DNA of 64,000 nucleotides from Eledone cirrhosa (Eukaryota): NCBI GenBank assembly GCA_964016885.1, contig OZ024741.1, positions 203,794,001 to 203,858,000 of the forward strand, read 5' to 3'. Shown piece by piece: positions 25,150 to 39,752 of this stretch (position 1 is its first letter; each line of letters starts with the position of its first letter). The notes under the pieces were generated by a model. It saw only the letters and a program-made list of their open reading frames with translations, ran no database searches and was not told where the DNA came from. The position numbers and the translations under genes were made by a program.

Positions 25150-26718
25150 ATGCTAGACAAAATTAGAAATTAAAATATCTTTCATATTTATCAGTGAATA
25201 TCGCTTGTATTGGATTACGCTTTAGTTAATTATAAGTTTATATTGTATCCAGATTATTAGTTATAGATTACTTTCTATAGCAATCAAATATTTAAGTTAA
25301 TTACAAATTTATGTTTAAATTAATTTGACTTAATTTAGCTCATTCTAGATTATTATAATTGTTTATTATAAGGTAAGATATTCTATTAATATTATACTAC
25401 AACTTTAAAAGAATTTATCTTTAAAGCCTAATTAAATAATTATTAAATATGTATTAAAATATAATAACATGCATATATCCCCATCAATATATATAATATA
25501 TTTTGTTCTTTTATTATCTAAATTAATTTAGGGCGGTGAATTGGCAGTATCGGTAGAGGGTTGGATGCCATGCTTTGATGCATAGAGTTACGGCCCTTGC
25601 CATTCTGAGTTCAAATCCTGCCGAGGTTAACTTTGCCTTTCATCCTTACGGGGTCGATAAAATAAAGTACCAGTAATGCACTGGGTAATTGCTGGCCTTG
25701 TGCCAAAAGTAGAAACAATTATCTAAATTAATTTAAAATTTAGAAATTCACTTTTTGTGAAACTTCGTTATTTTTTCATTTTCATTTATTTTTAGAATCC
25801 AACTGTGGTTATATTTACTCTCTCTAAATTTTATTTCATTTAATGAATGTTATATTTACTTCTGTATTTAATTATTCTGATATATATAGTTTCCTTTTAA
25901 TGATTGTCTATGTATTATTAAACTATTAATCATTATTTATTAATCCATATTTTATACTTTATATATGTTTTTTTCAAGTTAATCAAAAAATATTTACGGA
26001 CAATGTAAAATCCTTTTTTTATTTATAGGGAATCTCTTCTCTCACGTCCAGCGATATTTTAAGAACCTTAAATTATCTATTGTATACATCCTAATTGATG
26101 TCTAATTAAATATTGGACTATCCTAATCAAAGCATAGGATTAAAAAAACTCTCAATGAGGTTATTCTATTACATATAAATATCTATAAGTTATTACTTCA
26201 ATTAGGCAAAATTTACATATATTTAAGTTGTTATTTGTCCTTATTATATTTGGAACGGTAGATTGGTAGTATCGGTAGAGGGTCGGACGCCATGCTTTGA
26301 CGCATAGAGTTACGGCCCTTTCCATTCTGAGTTCAAATCCCGCCGAGTTTAACTTTGCCTTTCATCCTTACGGGGTCGATAAAATAAAGTACCAGTAATG
26401 CACTAGGTAATTACTGGCCTTGTGCCAATAGTAGAAACAATTATTTTTGGAACTGGTACATTGCCTGGAAAGTTTATCAATTTTATGATGACAACTACTA
26501 AATAATTCATTTTTTTTTTTTTTTTGTTGATTAAATTGTCACAGTTAGTGATTATCTGAAGAATCTCTTCATTGCATAGCTGGCAAAATCTGAGATTGTT
26601 GAGTTACTTTAGGATGTAGCATCCCGTAATTTTCTCCAAGAGATGGAGTATTTAATATTATTGTCCTTTAAATCCCATACTAATTGTGAAAGTGAAGTTG
26701 AACATTTTTTATCCGGTC

Positions 26719-26774
<56 letters not shown>

Positions 26775-26980
26775 ATTTATAATATAATATAATATAATAT
26801 AATATAATATAATATAATATAATATAATATAAAACAATCAAATTTTAGTTTAATACATTTAATAATTGCTGACAGTTGTTTCTTCCGGACAAATGGTCCG
26901 ATGATTCCAGACATTTGTCCGGAAGAAATAACTGTCAGCAATTAAATGTATTAAACTAAAATTTGATTGTTTTATATTTT
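25150..26980 (-). mobile_element. Degenerate Penelope-like element with SINE insertions and terminal hairpin
   Basis: 26530-26720(-) reads STSLSQLVWDLKDNNIKYSISWRKL...CQLCNEEI. A fold-back repeat lies at about 26826-26978. The left boundary is uncertain. Confidence 0.55.
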
Positions 26981-27146
26981 GTATCTCGGCTCTGTAATAC
27001 ATCTGATAATTTACATTGATCCTTTTCTCTTACTGGTAATTGGGTAGTGCTTAGTACTACCCTCCATATTTATAATTGTATATAACTCATATAAGTATAA
27101 ATATTATTATTATTACTATATATATATATGTATATATGTATGTATG

Positions 27147-27273
<127 letters not shown>

Positions 27274-27844
27274 AGGACGGGTAAAATTCCCGAGATCCAT
27301 GGACGAGTTCTCTCCAGCGGTATCTGTCCCTCATTATCGCTGCCATGTCTTGCGTCTCCAACAGACCAGTGTCTGTCCTTAGGGCATCAACATATGCTAA
27401 CCTTGGTCTTCCTCTTCCGGTAACCTTTGAAAACTAAGCAACACATCAATTTATACAACAACAAACATAGTCATAACGACGCTCATACATTAAATAACAA
27501 AACTTAAAACGCCGATAAAACTAAATACATGCTCCTCTCTCACCATTACATTTTACACCATTACATTTTACATCAAATAAATATTCAAAAGCAACAGATG
27601 AATTTATACAACAACAAACGTAGTCATAACGACGCTTAAGCATTTATTTACTTGAATCTCAACAAAGACATTATATTTTATTGTTGTCTTTTTTGTAATT
27701 TTTTTCTTTGTTTTTAGCAATATGAGACAAAAAAATAATGAGAAAACTTTTTTCAGGAACGTCCGATTTTGATGATTTTTTTTCCAGTTTGCTCCAAATT
27801 ATCGCCACTGTTTACGCTCTTTTGTGCTATAACTCAGACGGGCT

Positions 27845-28972
27845 TGGCTTACATGGGAGTACCTCTACTGCTGTCTGGCGATTTTCGGCAAACTCTTTCA
27901 GTTGTTCCAAAAGCCACCAGGGTCGACACTGTGGGGGCTTGCATTAAGTCATCTCCCCTGCGGCAGGAGGTGACAATTCTGACCCTCACAACAAACATGA
28001 GAGCCCAACTGCTCGGCGACCTCTCATCAGCCGACTTCTCGAAGGCCCTCTTAACAGTTGGTGACGGCACTGCACCTTCAGATGCAGCTGGAGAAATGGC
28101 AGTCTCACAAGTAGGCACCGTTGTCGACATTGTTGACGACCTCAAAGCCTCTGTCTTTCCCGATATGGCCACCAACTACAAAAACACGAGTTGGCTGTGT
28201 GATAGAGCCATATTGGCTCCCAAAAATGTCTCCGTTGCAAAATTCAATGAGGACCTTCTGCAACGCATTCCTGGAAACCTCCATACACACAAATCTGTGG
28301 ACAAAGTTGTGGACAAAGATGAGGTTGACGATTTTCCCACAGAATTCCACAATTCCTTGGACCTCTCTGAACTGCCACTTCATGAACTGCGCGTCAAAGT
28401 TGGGACTCCAGTGATGCTGTTGAGGTACCTGGAACCACCGCGTCTCTGCAACGGAACACGGTTAGTGGTAAGAAACCTCCTGCCGCATGTAATTGAAGCC
28501 ACAATTCTCGCGGGCTGAGGCGCTGGAGAAAACGTCTTCATACCCAGAATACCATTAACTCCATCAGGTACGGAATGCCCCTGTACTCTGCGCCGACTTC
28601 AATTCCCCGTTAAACTTTGCTTCGCGATGTCAATCAACAAGTCCCAAGGCCAAACGCTATTAACGGCAGGCCTCCATTTAGCCCAGCCGTGCTTCTCACA
28701 CGGCCAATTATACGTCGCATGCTCAAGAGTGGGATGCAAGCAGAACTTATTAATACTTGCGCCAAAAGGCAGAACAAAAAAATGTGGTCTACAGAGAGGT
28801 GTTGTGACTCCTCTATTCAGCACCACTACAGTCTTGCCGATCTGACATATTGTTGTATATTTTCAAACTTACCCGTATTTACTTTCTTTGCCCCATTAAT
28901 CATAATTGAGTGGAATCATTAAGAGTACTTTAAAGCAATTAAACTCCGAGCAACGCCGGGCACTTCTGCTAG
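27845..28972 (+). mobile_element. 3' fragment of a Helitron (PIF1 helicase C-terminal half and terminus)
   Basis: [69 protein letters not shown]. One internal stop at 28516. Ends with hairpin ccgagcaacgccgg + CTAG|t. Confidence 0.92.
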
Positions 28973-31311
28973 TATGTATATATATATATATGATGTACTT
29001 GTTTACCATATTAGTTTACTTTTTTCAAAGTTTGTACATCGTTCATATTTTAATACGTTTTACGTGCTGTTGATCTCAAAAACGTATATTATGCTCTCAA
29101 TAAAACTGCCATAACCTTGTATAAACATAACACGAGAGAAACACGTCTACTCGTCATTTTGCGTGCCTCAAATCAAATTGTTTGAAAATTACGGATGCTT
29201 CTGTTTATCTAGCGTTATATAAGAACGTAATAATTTGTTCTATTTCTATAGCTTTCAAATTGAATTACTTATTGTCATTCAGAATTATCAGCATATTTAC
29301 ATTTCTTTTTCTACTTCTATTTTGGTGAGAAAAACAACCATCACTATGGCGCTCAATTGACAAAGTCATTAGAAAGGGCAATGATATGCTTTACAGTATT
29401 GGTTCCTGCTCTCTTTGCTCTGAGTTCAAATCCCACCGAGGACAACCTTCCCATTCCTCCCTTCGAGCTCGTTAAACGTGTACCCGTTCAATACTGAGAT
29501 CTATTCTACTATATCTCTTTTTCACTTTTTCTCATCCTCCGTCTTTCTCTGAAAGAAATCGATTGTGTTCACACGTGGAATGGAGTGGACTCCATCACGT
29601 TTTAAATGCCCGAGACGCCGTATGTCATAATTGGGCACCATGGGTGGAGCATCATAGGTATCATCATGTACATTATCATCATAATCCTGATCAGTATCAG
29701 TATGGTAACTGTTGGTGATTTTGTTGTTGAAATGTTGAATCTTGTTGGACCTCCGTCTGTTCCTGCGATGAGTGTTCCACTTGATTCGAACAATAGAACA
29801 GCTTCTTTCTGAAATTAACTCAGTGAGATTCAGCGTGACATAATGGATCTATGAATTACAAGTACAAACTTTTTGTATTAAAGTGTGACTGAGCATTCCA
29901 CAAACATATATCATTAACGTAATTCTCAGAGAGATTCAGGGCACGACAGTGTGTAACAAAGCTGGTCCTTTGAATAACAACTCCTTTTTGAATCGAACAC
30001 ACAACCGTTCAATCATGAGTCGGACACCTCAACCACTAAGCCACACACTGGATACAGTCCCTTACCTGGATTTTCTCCTTGGTCTGTTTGGTTTTAGTTC
30101 AAATTCTTCCGAATCAAGTTTGATTTTCAATTAAATACACGTTACTCCAGGACACTCAGCTTGCAAAAAATAAGTTGTACCTGTGATTCAAAGGACAATC
30201 CTTGTAACACACTGTGCTACACTGAATCTCTTTGAGAATTACGTTAAGGGTACACGTGTCTGTGGAACGCTTAGCCAGATGTGCGTTAATTTCATAAGCA
30301 GGTTTTTCCGTTCATCGAATCAACTGGAGGTTCAGCATACACACACACACAAACACACAGAGACACAGACACGCACACACAAACACAAATGCACACACAT
30401 ACACAAATGCACATACATACGCACACATGCATGGACATGCACATACATACGCACGCACACATGCACACATGCACACACACACACACTTGCACACATGGAC
30501 ATACATACGCACGCACACAGCACACACAGACACGCAGGTTTAAAGTCAACAAGGAAACTAAATTCGATCTTATTAAAGACTATCTTAACGAAGAACATTT
30601 AATGAAGAAATATTTGTTAACGTTCTTTAACCAATTTGGTGAAACTATATACAATATGTGTATGTATAATGATTTCTACTATAGGCACAATGCAAGCAAT
30701 TTTAAAGGAGGGGAAAGTCATTTAGATCGACTCCAGTATGTTACTGGTGTTTTATTTTATTGACCCCGTAAGGCAAAGCTAACCTCGGCGGGATTTGAAC
30801 TCGTTTACATATAATGCGTGCTTGACGGGCTGTTATCAATTAAAAATAGCACTAACACAGCATGAGTCATAAAAGATTCATATATGAAAACATTATTCAC
30901 CTTTATTTTGAATCACGGTGTTAATTATATATTTATTAATTTCAAGAACGTCAGTATTCCGTGTATCATAATTCTCGATTATAATTGGTTCATAGGTTTC
31001 AAACGACTCCGCCCACCTCAACGTCGCCAAGCTGAAATTAATATGCATAATGCAAATGAGGGAGTGAGAGGGGAGAGTGTGAACGCTGTGTTCAATAACT
31101 ATTAACATGTGCGCGTGTGTATGTACATGCGCGTGCGTGCAGCGTTCCACAGAAAGAAAAAACTATCAACATGTGTGAGTGTGTGCGTGTGTAAGTTTGC
31201 GTGCATGTGCGCGTTTCCATGCGTGTATGTGTGTGGCGTTCCACAATCGCCACGCAGTTTATCTGTCTGTGTGCCTGTCTGTCAGTCTAATATACACAGA
31301 GTTGTGAATGG

Positions 31312-34300
31312 AGTAAATAGGGACCTTTCTTTACATTGACGGACATCTTTTATATTTATTATTGTGTCATCTTTTGACAATTGCTCGAAATGAATACTGA
31401 TAATAAAAGCAATTCAACTTTATCAAAGAGTGAACTACAGCGGCGAAGGCAATGAAGAAAAACGGGCCGAACAGCACCATCGAAACGCCGAACTTCAGAG
31501 GCGAAGACGTGCCGCCATGAATGAAGAGCTGGCTGAACAACGCCAACGAAACACTGGAGCCAAGCAGCGACGGCGTGCTGCGATGGTTGCAGACGAACTA
31601 GATGAGCATCATCAGCAGATGGCCAGAATTCAGCAGCAAAGGCGTGCTGCTATGGATGAAGAGGAGCTGGCTGAACAGCGCCAGCGCAATACAGAAGTTC
31701 AGAGAATGTGTCGCCAAAGTGCTCCTCATTCCAGTAAAGAGGCTAGAAGGCGAACGAATGATATTAGAAATGGATCATGGCAACCGTGTCATTTTCAGAT
31801 TGGTGGACGAGCAGAGTGGCCACATTGTGGAGCATTGCTTTGGAGGCACGAAAAGACGTGGACCACAATGTGCTGTCATAAAGGAGCAGTTCAACTAGAA
31901 CCCTTGTGAATGCCGGATGATGAGGAGTCACCGGAGTTCAAAATACTAAGTATGTGGGGTGATCAAGGAGATCGAGGTAGATTACTGTGCAAATATTCGC
32001 GGCAAATTAACAATTCATTAGCTTTAGCATCGCAGAGAGTTAGTGAGATGTTTGAGAGTGGAGCATGGTAACCGAATGTAGTCATTCAAGGCCGTTTGTA
32101 TCATTGTATCGGTAATTTAGAAGTTACACCAGGAGAGAGGCTTCGATTCGCTCAAATTTACGTTAAGATCCAGGTTATAGTGAATCGGAAGAGTATATCA
32201 GGATCGGTTGGATGAAGTTGCTGGGAAATATAACTGAACTTGAACGGCAAAGGTTAAGTGATTTGATCCGTGATTTGCAATCATGGCTTAGGCAGTGTAA
32301 TCCTTATGTTATGGATTTCATGTTGGTGGCTGAACTGCAAAATGTTCAGCAGCAAACATTGGTGATTAAGGCTGACGCAGTGCCAAGGAATCAACACGAA
32401 CGGCAATATAATGCCCCTGAAGGATTTCGTGAAGTTGCTGTGTTGATGGACGATAAGCTTGGATCGAGAGATATCGTCCTCAATTGCAGAGTTGGTGGTC
32501 TCAAGACTATCAATAAGTCAAATAGGGCATACGATCCATTGAATTATGTTATTTTATTCCCAAAAGGTGAAAATGGATGGAACATGTCTGTTCATTTAGA
32601 TGATCATGAGAGTCAGCATCAACAGGGAGGTGGCAATAGACACAATAATTCGATTCGCGACTTTTACGCGTTCCATTTGAACGAGAGGAATCAACAGAGA
32701 AATGCGCTATTTCAAGCCAGCAGATTGTTCCAGGAATACTGTTGTATGGCATTCGCAAAGATCGAAAATCAAAGGCTAACTTATAGCTACACATCAGCAA
32801 CATAGAGCTGAATTGTATAATAATATACAGGATGCGATAACAGCCGATGATGCCAATTACAAGCAAATTGGTCGACGCATCATTTTGCCATCGTCGTTCA
32901 TCGGCGGCCCGAGATATATGAACATTCGCTATCAGAATGCAATGGCTACTGTCAGAAAGTTTGGAACGCCAGATGTGTTTATAACGGTTACATGCAATCC
33001 TGAATGGACTAATATTAAAGATGCACTTTTACCAGGACAACAGCCAAAGGACCGTCCTGATATTGTGGCAATAGTATTCAAAGGATATCTGAAAAAGATA
33101 ATGGATGATGTGGAAAAAGAGGGAAACTTTGGAGGTATAGTTGCTTTTACATACGTAATTGAATTCCAAAAAAGAGGATTGCCACATGCACATTTGCTGA
33201 TCATTTTACATAGAGATTGCAAATTGAGATGTGCTGAGGATATCGACAGCATTGTGTGTGCTGAACTGCCGGAGAATGAGGCACTACGCAACTTGGTGGC
33301 AAAGTCAATGGTGCACAACCAATGCGGAGTGGCAAATCGGAAAACTCCTTGCATGAAAAATGGCCAATGCAGTAAGCACTTTCTGAAATCTTTTGTCACG
33401 AACACTTCCTGGAACGATGGGGATACTCATTCCACATACAGAAGACAGTCGCCTACCGATGGCGGTTTGGTCGAAAATGTAAACGGTCGACAGGTTACAA
33501 ATCAATGGGTTGTGCCATACAATCCATATTTGATTATGAAATATCGTTGTAATATTAATGTGAAAATTTGTATCTCAGGGAAAGCTTGCAAATATCTATT
33601 CAACTATGTTTACAAAGGTCATGATTGGGCAATGATCAATGACAGGAATGAGGAAGCGAACCAAGGAGATGAAGTTGGCAGATTCTAGGATGTTCGTTCG
33701 ATTGGATCTAGCGAAGCTTGCTGGAGATTGTTCGATTTTGATCTCAATGAACGCAAACCCAGCGTTCAGAAACTGACGGTTCACTTAGAGAATAGGCAAA
33801 TGGTCTGTTTTCAGGACACTAAAAGTGTTGAAAGGATTGCTAACGCACCACCACCTAAGACGGAATTGACTGAGTGGTTCAAGAATAATAGGGAACATGC
33901 TTTGAACCCGGATCAAATGCAACTCTACTGCGATTTCCCTTCGCACTTTACGTGGGATAAGAAAGGAAAGAAATGGAATGATAGAAAACAAAAGTTGAGA
34001 TTCATGACTTTTGGACGGGTTTGTAATGTCCATCCAGCATCTGGTGATGTGTTTTATCTCCGAATTCTGTTGCATAATGATTTTTCGAGAGGTAAACAGA
34101 GCTTCGTTGATTTGAAAACAATCAATGGCGTGGAATATGAAACATACCAGGCTGTGTGTTAGCATCTGGGACTCCTTCAGGATGATGCTGAATGGAATAG
34201 CGCCATGGAAGCTGCAGGAACAACACAGATGCCAGCTCAAATAAGGCAGTTGTTTGTCACGATTCTAGGATTCTGCAATCCTGCCGATCCAAGAGAGTTA

Positions 34301-36372
34301 TTTGAACGCCATTGGGGAATTATGGCTGATGATTTTAGGCATCATCTTCAGGTCGATGATGAAAATTTGATGAAAGCTATTGTTTTGCTCAATATTGAGC
34401 AACTGCTTGAAGTTCATTTCAAATGTTTAACAGATTTCAATTTGCCAATTCCTGATGAAGAAATGCGGCAACGTGTCTTAGCATTGAACATCAGATTGCA
34501 GCTTAGATGGTTGCCACTCGATCGGAGGGAACTATTCCAGTTTGATCCACTGGAACAGCCACGTATTGTGGATGAACGTATGCCAATGTTGACCCAATCT
34601 CAGAGAGAATTGGTCGATGGCGTTCTCCACTCGATTGCCACTAATGAGCAACTTTGTGCTTTCATAGATGCTCCAGGAGGCACCGGAAAGACATTCTGTT
34701 TCAACACTATGTTATCGGCAGTCAGAGCTCAGAGGAAGATTGCTCTCCCTGTGGCCACCAGTGGGATCGCTGCCACTTTGCTGAGTGGTGGAAGGACCTT
34801 CCACTCATGCTTGCTTCAAGGCTCCATTGGCTCCGGACAAAGTGAACTCGCGGGCCTTATCCGCAATACGTCTCTGATTATTTGGGACGAGGCTCCAATG
34901 ACACACAGATATTTGCTGGAGGCATTGGACATAACTTTTAGAGATATCTGCGGTAGTGACCTGCCATTCGGTGGTAAGACTATCGTTCTTGGTGGAGATT
35001 TCAGACAGGTGCTACCAATTGTTAGGAATGTTCAAAGAGCGCAAATTGTCGGTGCATGTCTGAAAAAGTCCCCGTTGTGGCGCCATTTCAGAGTTTTGCG
35101 ATTACACGATAATATGCGACTTCGTATGTTCGGGCAAAACGAAGAGGCTGAGACATACGGTCGATGGTTGATGCAGTTGGGTGATATAAGAATCTATAAG
35201 AATCTATAAGAATCCCAGACCATTTGGTCATGCCACTGGACCGCCAAGCATTGATTGACTGGGTGTTCCCTAATTTGAATGCTTTTTGGCAGAATCTCCT
35301 GGATATCAGAACGCGTTATTCTAACTCATACAAATGCAACGGTCGATGAAATAAATTCACAAGTAGCCGGAATGTTTCCTGGAGACGAATGGTTAACCGT
35401 CAGTACGGATGCAATGGAGCCTAATCATCAGAACAATATGGATGTTCCGACTGAGTATCTGAATTCACTTCAAATACCCGGATTTCCCCCACATATTTTG
35501 AGGTTGAAAAAGGGTATGCTGATTATATTGCTTAGAAATATCAATCATAAAATGGGTCTTTGCATTGGTACCAGATTGATTGTTGAGAGATTGATTAACG
35601 GAAGAGTTTTAGAAGCTAAACTCCCATGCAGAGAGGAATCGGTTGTCATTCCGAGGATCGTGCTGAGACCAAGTGAAGTGCCATTCATTTGGCAAAGGAG
35701 ACAGTTTCCCGTCAATTTGGCCTTCTCCATGACTGTCAACAAGGCACAAGGACAGACTTTCAAGCGAGTCGGTGTCTATTTGAATGATCCAGCATTCAGC
35801 CATGAACAACTGTATGTTGCTGCATCTCGAGTGTGCGATCCTGATGGTATAAAATTTGCAATTGATACCACATATGTGTGTCCTTTGATCAGTATTGTGA
35901 GCTTTGATAGAGTTATCATTTCTGTTCAATGTCATTTATTGTCGATAATGAGCAATAAAAACCAACAAGTATTGGTAGAAATTGCCTTCAAATTTATCGC
36001 TTCTTATAGCGGTGGTAATAAAACCTCATCATATTCTGAGTCTGGCAAAAAGGTTGGATCCTATGGCCGGCCAGGGCTAGAGTAATATTGAAAAACGATT
36101 CTATTTTCGAAGTAGAAGGATCCGCCATTTGGAGTTCAAACCAGGCCACCTCCCCGAGTTGAACTCTGGGCAACATTGACTGTCTATTACTCAGTGGCTA
36201 AGAGCCTGGAAATTACTGAATGAATTTTTGTGTCATATAATTTGTTGTTTTATTATTATAGCTTACCACTTATAGATAAGCATGTTATCCATATCCATAT
36301 TAATTTGGCATTTGTATAAACCATTTCAAGTAAATAGGGATCTTTTTTACATTGACGGACATCTTTTATATT
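31312..36372 (+). mobile_element. Near-full-length Helitron Rep-helicase, inactivated by stops and frameshifts
   Basis: N-terminal Q/R/E repeats, CCHKG zinc finger, RIILPSSFIGGPRYM, FITVTCNPEW, VIEFQKRGLPHAHLLI (HUH), KYLFNYVYKGHD (Y2), DAPGGTGKT (Walker A), IIWDEAPM, GGDFRQVLP, TVNKAQGQT, QLYVAASRV. Confidence 0.95.
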
Positions 36373-38508
36373 AATTATCTATATCTACATATAATATAAA
36401 AGATTGGAACTTCCATCATCCTTTTGAGAGACGTGGAACAACCACATCTATGCAATGATACACGTTTTACAGTCAGGCAGAAGATGAACCATCTCCAAGA
36501 GGTCACTATTCTAGGTGGGAGCACCTAGAATATTGTTCATATACTATGCACAAATGGTACAACGAAGAATCTGGTATATCTGGAAGATTTATTTTACTGT
36601 TTTTGGTATCACACAGACACCACGGACTCGCCTCATACTGTAACCAGACAAACATCCAATACAGTCATTTTCTATTTTACCTGTCTTCTCTTATCATCTG
36701 TTTACCTTGGCGAAGCTGGGTACATCAACTAGTACTAGTAATTTCGCAATTTTGCTATATCTCTATATCCTTCGTTATAGTAATTAAAATTTCTAGGTTT
36801 TGTATAGTTTTTTTTTGGGGGGGGGGGGGGGGGGGATGTATGAAAATGTTAATCATTATATTCTTTGGTATTAAACATACACCATGGCGGTGGATAGGCA
36901 GAGATGTTAGGGCGTCGGATTAAATGTTTCGGCATCTGTTTTACATCACTGCGTTCTGAGTTAAAAACCCATCGAAGACAACTTTGCTTTACATTCTTTC
37001 CGAGTTGATAAATATAGTATTGTTCCTGGGAATCGTAGCTTGGTGGAACCGCTAGAAGCAGACGACATATATTGTGACTCTGTTCATTCTGGGTTCAAAT
37101 TCCTTCTTTTTCTGCACGGAGTTGCGACCGACAGATAGTATCAGTAATGGAAATACCAATTTCAATATTGTTTTCTTAATCTGATCTCACGATAAGCTTC
37201 TTTCTTTTAAAGATATAGTTTTGAAGTATTTTAGACCAGTAGACAAAAACAGCGATGGAAACATTGTTTTCTTGGTTCGATTTCAGGATCAGTTCCTTTC
37301 ATTTAAAGGTGTTAGACAGTATCTGCAATAAAATGACAATGGAAACATAGTTCCCTTGGTCCGAGCTTTTTTTATAGGATTTTCAAAATATTGATTTTCA
37401 GCTTCATGGTCGAATTTTGAAAGAAAAGTATATAATCAACTACATTCTCCCTCGTATAAATATATTGTTAAAACTTGCCTTATCAACTTTAACTCTTAAC
37501 ATCCTGTGCTACATAACCAAGCATTCTTGAAAAGTACAAAACAATACTATGGTTGCATTACATTAAATAGTAAAGTTTTACTTTAATACTGCAAATTTAT
37601 ACAACAATATGTCTAATAATAAATATACTATAAACATTTGAATTAACAAATCTGTTTTTAGATATTTTCTGATAAATTATCACAAGATTTATGAGACAAT
37701 TAACAACCATGCATGCAAAACATTAGTTTTAGCATAACCTACTGCATCACATTAAACATTAAAGTCGGTACTTTAATGTTACATGTTTTTATTGTGATCT
37801 GTTTAACAGCAATGATGTTATAAACATTTGAATTAGCAAACCCATTTGTAGCCAATTTTTGCCAAATAATTCAAAGATTTTCATGTCGGACCTTCGTCAT
37901 TTCCAACGACGAGTACTCTATTTGATTCAATCAACGAAACTATCTGCTCGTGAAATTAATGTGTAAATCGGTAAGCATTCCACGGTCATGTGCATCTTTA
38001 ATGTAGTTGTCGGGGAGATTCAGCGTGACACTATGTGTGATGAGGGTGGCCCCTTGAATTAGAGGTACAACGCGACTGGAGTCGACTGGAGTAACGTGAA
38101 ATAAAGTCTTTTGATCCAGAACACAACACGCCGCCCGGTCTGGCAATCGAATTCATGTTCTTACGAACCTGACCAGAACATCCTAACCACTGAGCCACGT
38201 GCCTTCTGTACAATGTTAAGAGTTAAATAACTGAAGCACTAAGTGGAACTAGGTAGAATTTGAACCCACAACATGATATATGTCAATAAAAAGAGACTGT
38301 CACTAAGCAAATTTTGAATAAAGGAGTTATTGTAATCTCTAGATTCAATGAAGTAATTCTCAGTTACCTTGACATAATTTACTAACCGAGATCTTTGCAT
38401 GTCAAACGCAATAAACATGAAACAAACAATTTTAGATCCTGTCTACATACTTTGGGAATCTTTGGCCCACCTCTCTCAGGCATTTCATATTTCACTCCAC
38501 CTAGTTTG

Positions 38509-38530
38509 CACGTGATTTCTGTTATATAAG
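38509..38530 (+). promoter_or_regulatory. Core promoter of the repeat-peptide precursor gene: CACGTG E-box + TATA box
   Basis: CACGTG at 38509-38514 and TATATAAG at 38523-38530 in non-microsatellite context. Inr-like TAAGTC lies about 27 nt downstream. Confidence 0.6.
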
Positions 38531-38550
38531 AGGGCATTACCGCTTAACTA

Positions 38551-38625
38551 AGTCAATCTGTAAACTGCACGAAACTCTGCTTCAATCCTGAAATCCACCA
38601 ATTTGCCGATTTATCTTCAGATAAG
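38551..38625 (+). other. Probable non-coding exon 1 (5'UTR) of the precursor gene
   Basis: Starts about 28 nt after the TATA box, has no ATG, and ends at an AAG|GTAGTA donor. The next acceptor is at 39013-39014. The start is inferred. Confidence 0.55.
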
Positions 38626-39019
38626 GTAGTAATTTGCTTTTTTCTAATTTAAATTTTTACAGTTTAACTTCACTAATATTTTAAATGTTAAAACTTTTAT
38701 TTTCATTCTAATGAATTATTGATATTATATTTTAGTCATTTGGTCGATAGATTGATAAGATTTTAAAAAGTCAGGTGAAATGCAGTTTTTGTTTACGCCC
38801 TCTAGATACAGGTGATTTAATCAGTAATCACATATATATAGATGTTTTAGTCAGTAATCACATAGCTATATTGTTATTTCATTTGATACATATATACATA
38901 ATAAATGGCGCACTATTCATTCCCAGTTTTGATTCCTCTTCTGAGTAACATTGCTCCCCAATACCCACTGGAGAATCCATGCATTATAAACTAATATTTC
39001 TCTATGATTTTTAGATAAA

Positions 39020-39065
39020 ATGGAGACTTATTTGATTCTCGTCTGCTGTTTCGTAATTTCCACTG
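39020..39065 (+). CDS. Signal-peptide exon of tandem-repeat peptide precursor (METYLILVCCFVIST+G)
   Basis: Branch-like CTAAT at 38991, tttttAG acceptor at 39013-14, aaaATGG start context and perfect GTGAGT donor at 39066. Phase 1 joins in frame to 44534 (G+CA = Ala, then Leu-Pro-Met). Confidence 0.88.
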
Positions 39066-39752
39066 GTGAGTTGAGATTTAACTATATTTTTGTTTTATTT
39101 ATTTATTTTGTTTTATGTATTTATTTGATTTACTTATCTAGTTGCCGGTTTCAGTCATTTCAAGCATTATGTGGCACCGCCTAAAAGGGATGGGTTTAGT
39201 CGAGCCCGATATTTACTTTTTTAATGTTCAGTACTTATTTTAACAATCTCTTTTTAATTAACTGCAAAATTACAAGCGATATAAATACAGACACGTGAAC
39301 ACATGCACTTACACGTATATGCATCCATATATAGATATATATAGATATAGATATATAGATATAGTGAAGGCGTGTGGCTGATTGGTTAGAGAACTGGATT
39401 CGCAATCGTGAGGTTGTCAGTTCGATTCCAGGACCGGACGATGCGTTATGTCCTTGAGCAAGACACTTTATTTCACGTTGCTCCTTCTACCTGGAGTTGC
39501 AACCGATAGACAGTATTAGCAATTGGAAAGACCAACGGAAACATTGTTTCCTCGGTCCGATTTGACGAAAGTCAGTCGACTAAAAAAAAGAAAATAACAT
39601 ATTTTCCTTCGGTTGCAACCTTTTTCGAAATATTTACTGCTGCGTCCACAGATTGATTTAATTTAGTTTCACAAGATGCCTCTAAGGGTGAAAGCAGCGG
39701 TTCTTTGCTTAAATTTTAATCTATTTTAATATATATATATATATATAATCAG

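Noticed and set aside
31430-31909. Q/R/E-rich repeat ORF with RRRR clusters as a prohormone
   Set aside because: It leads directly into the Helitron CxxC...CC zinc-finger region, so it is the N-terminal repeat region of the Rep-helicase.
39365-39490. tRNA-like sequence (also at about 13058-13190 and 38080-38205)
   Set aside because: A/B boxes are present but there is no closed acceptor stem, and it continues into the SINE body (gtccttgagcaagacactttatttcac). It is a SINE head, not a tRNA gene.
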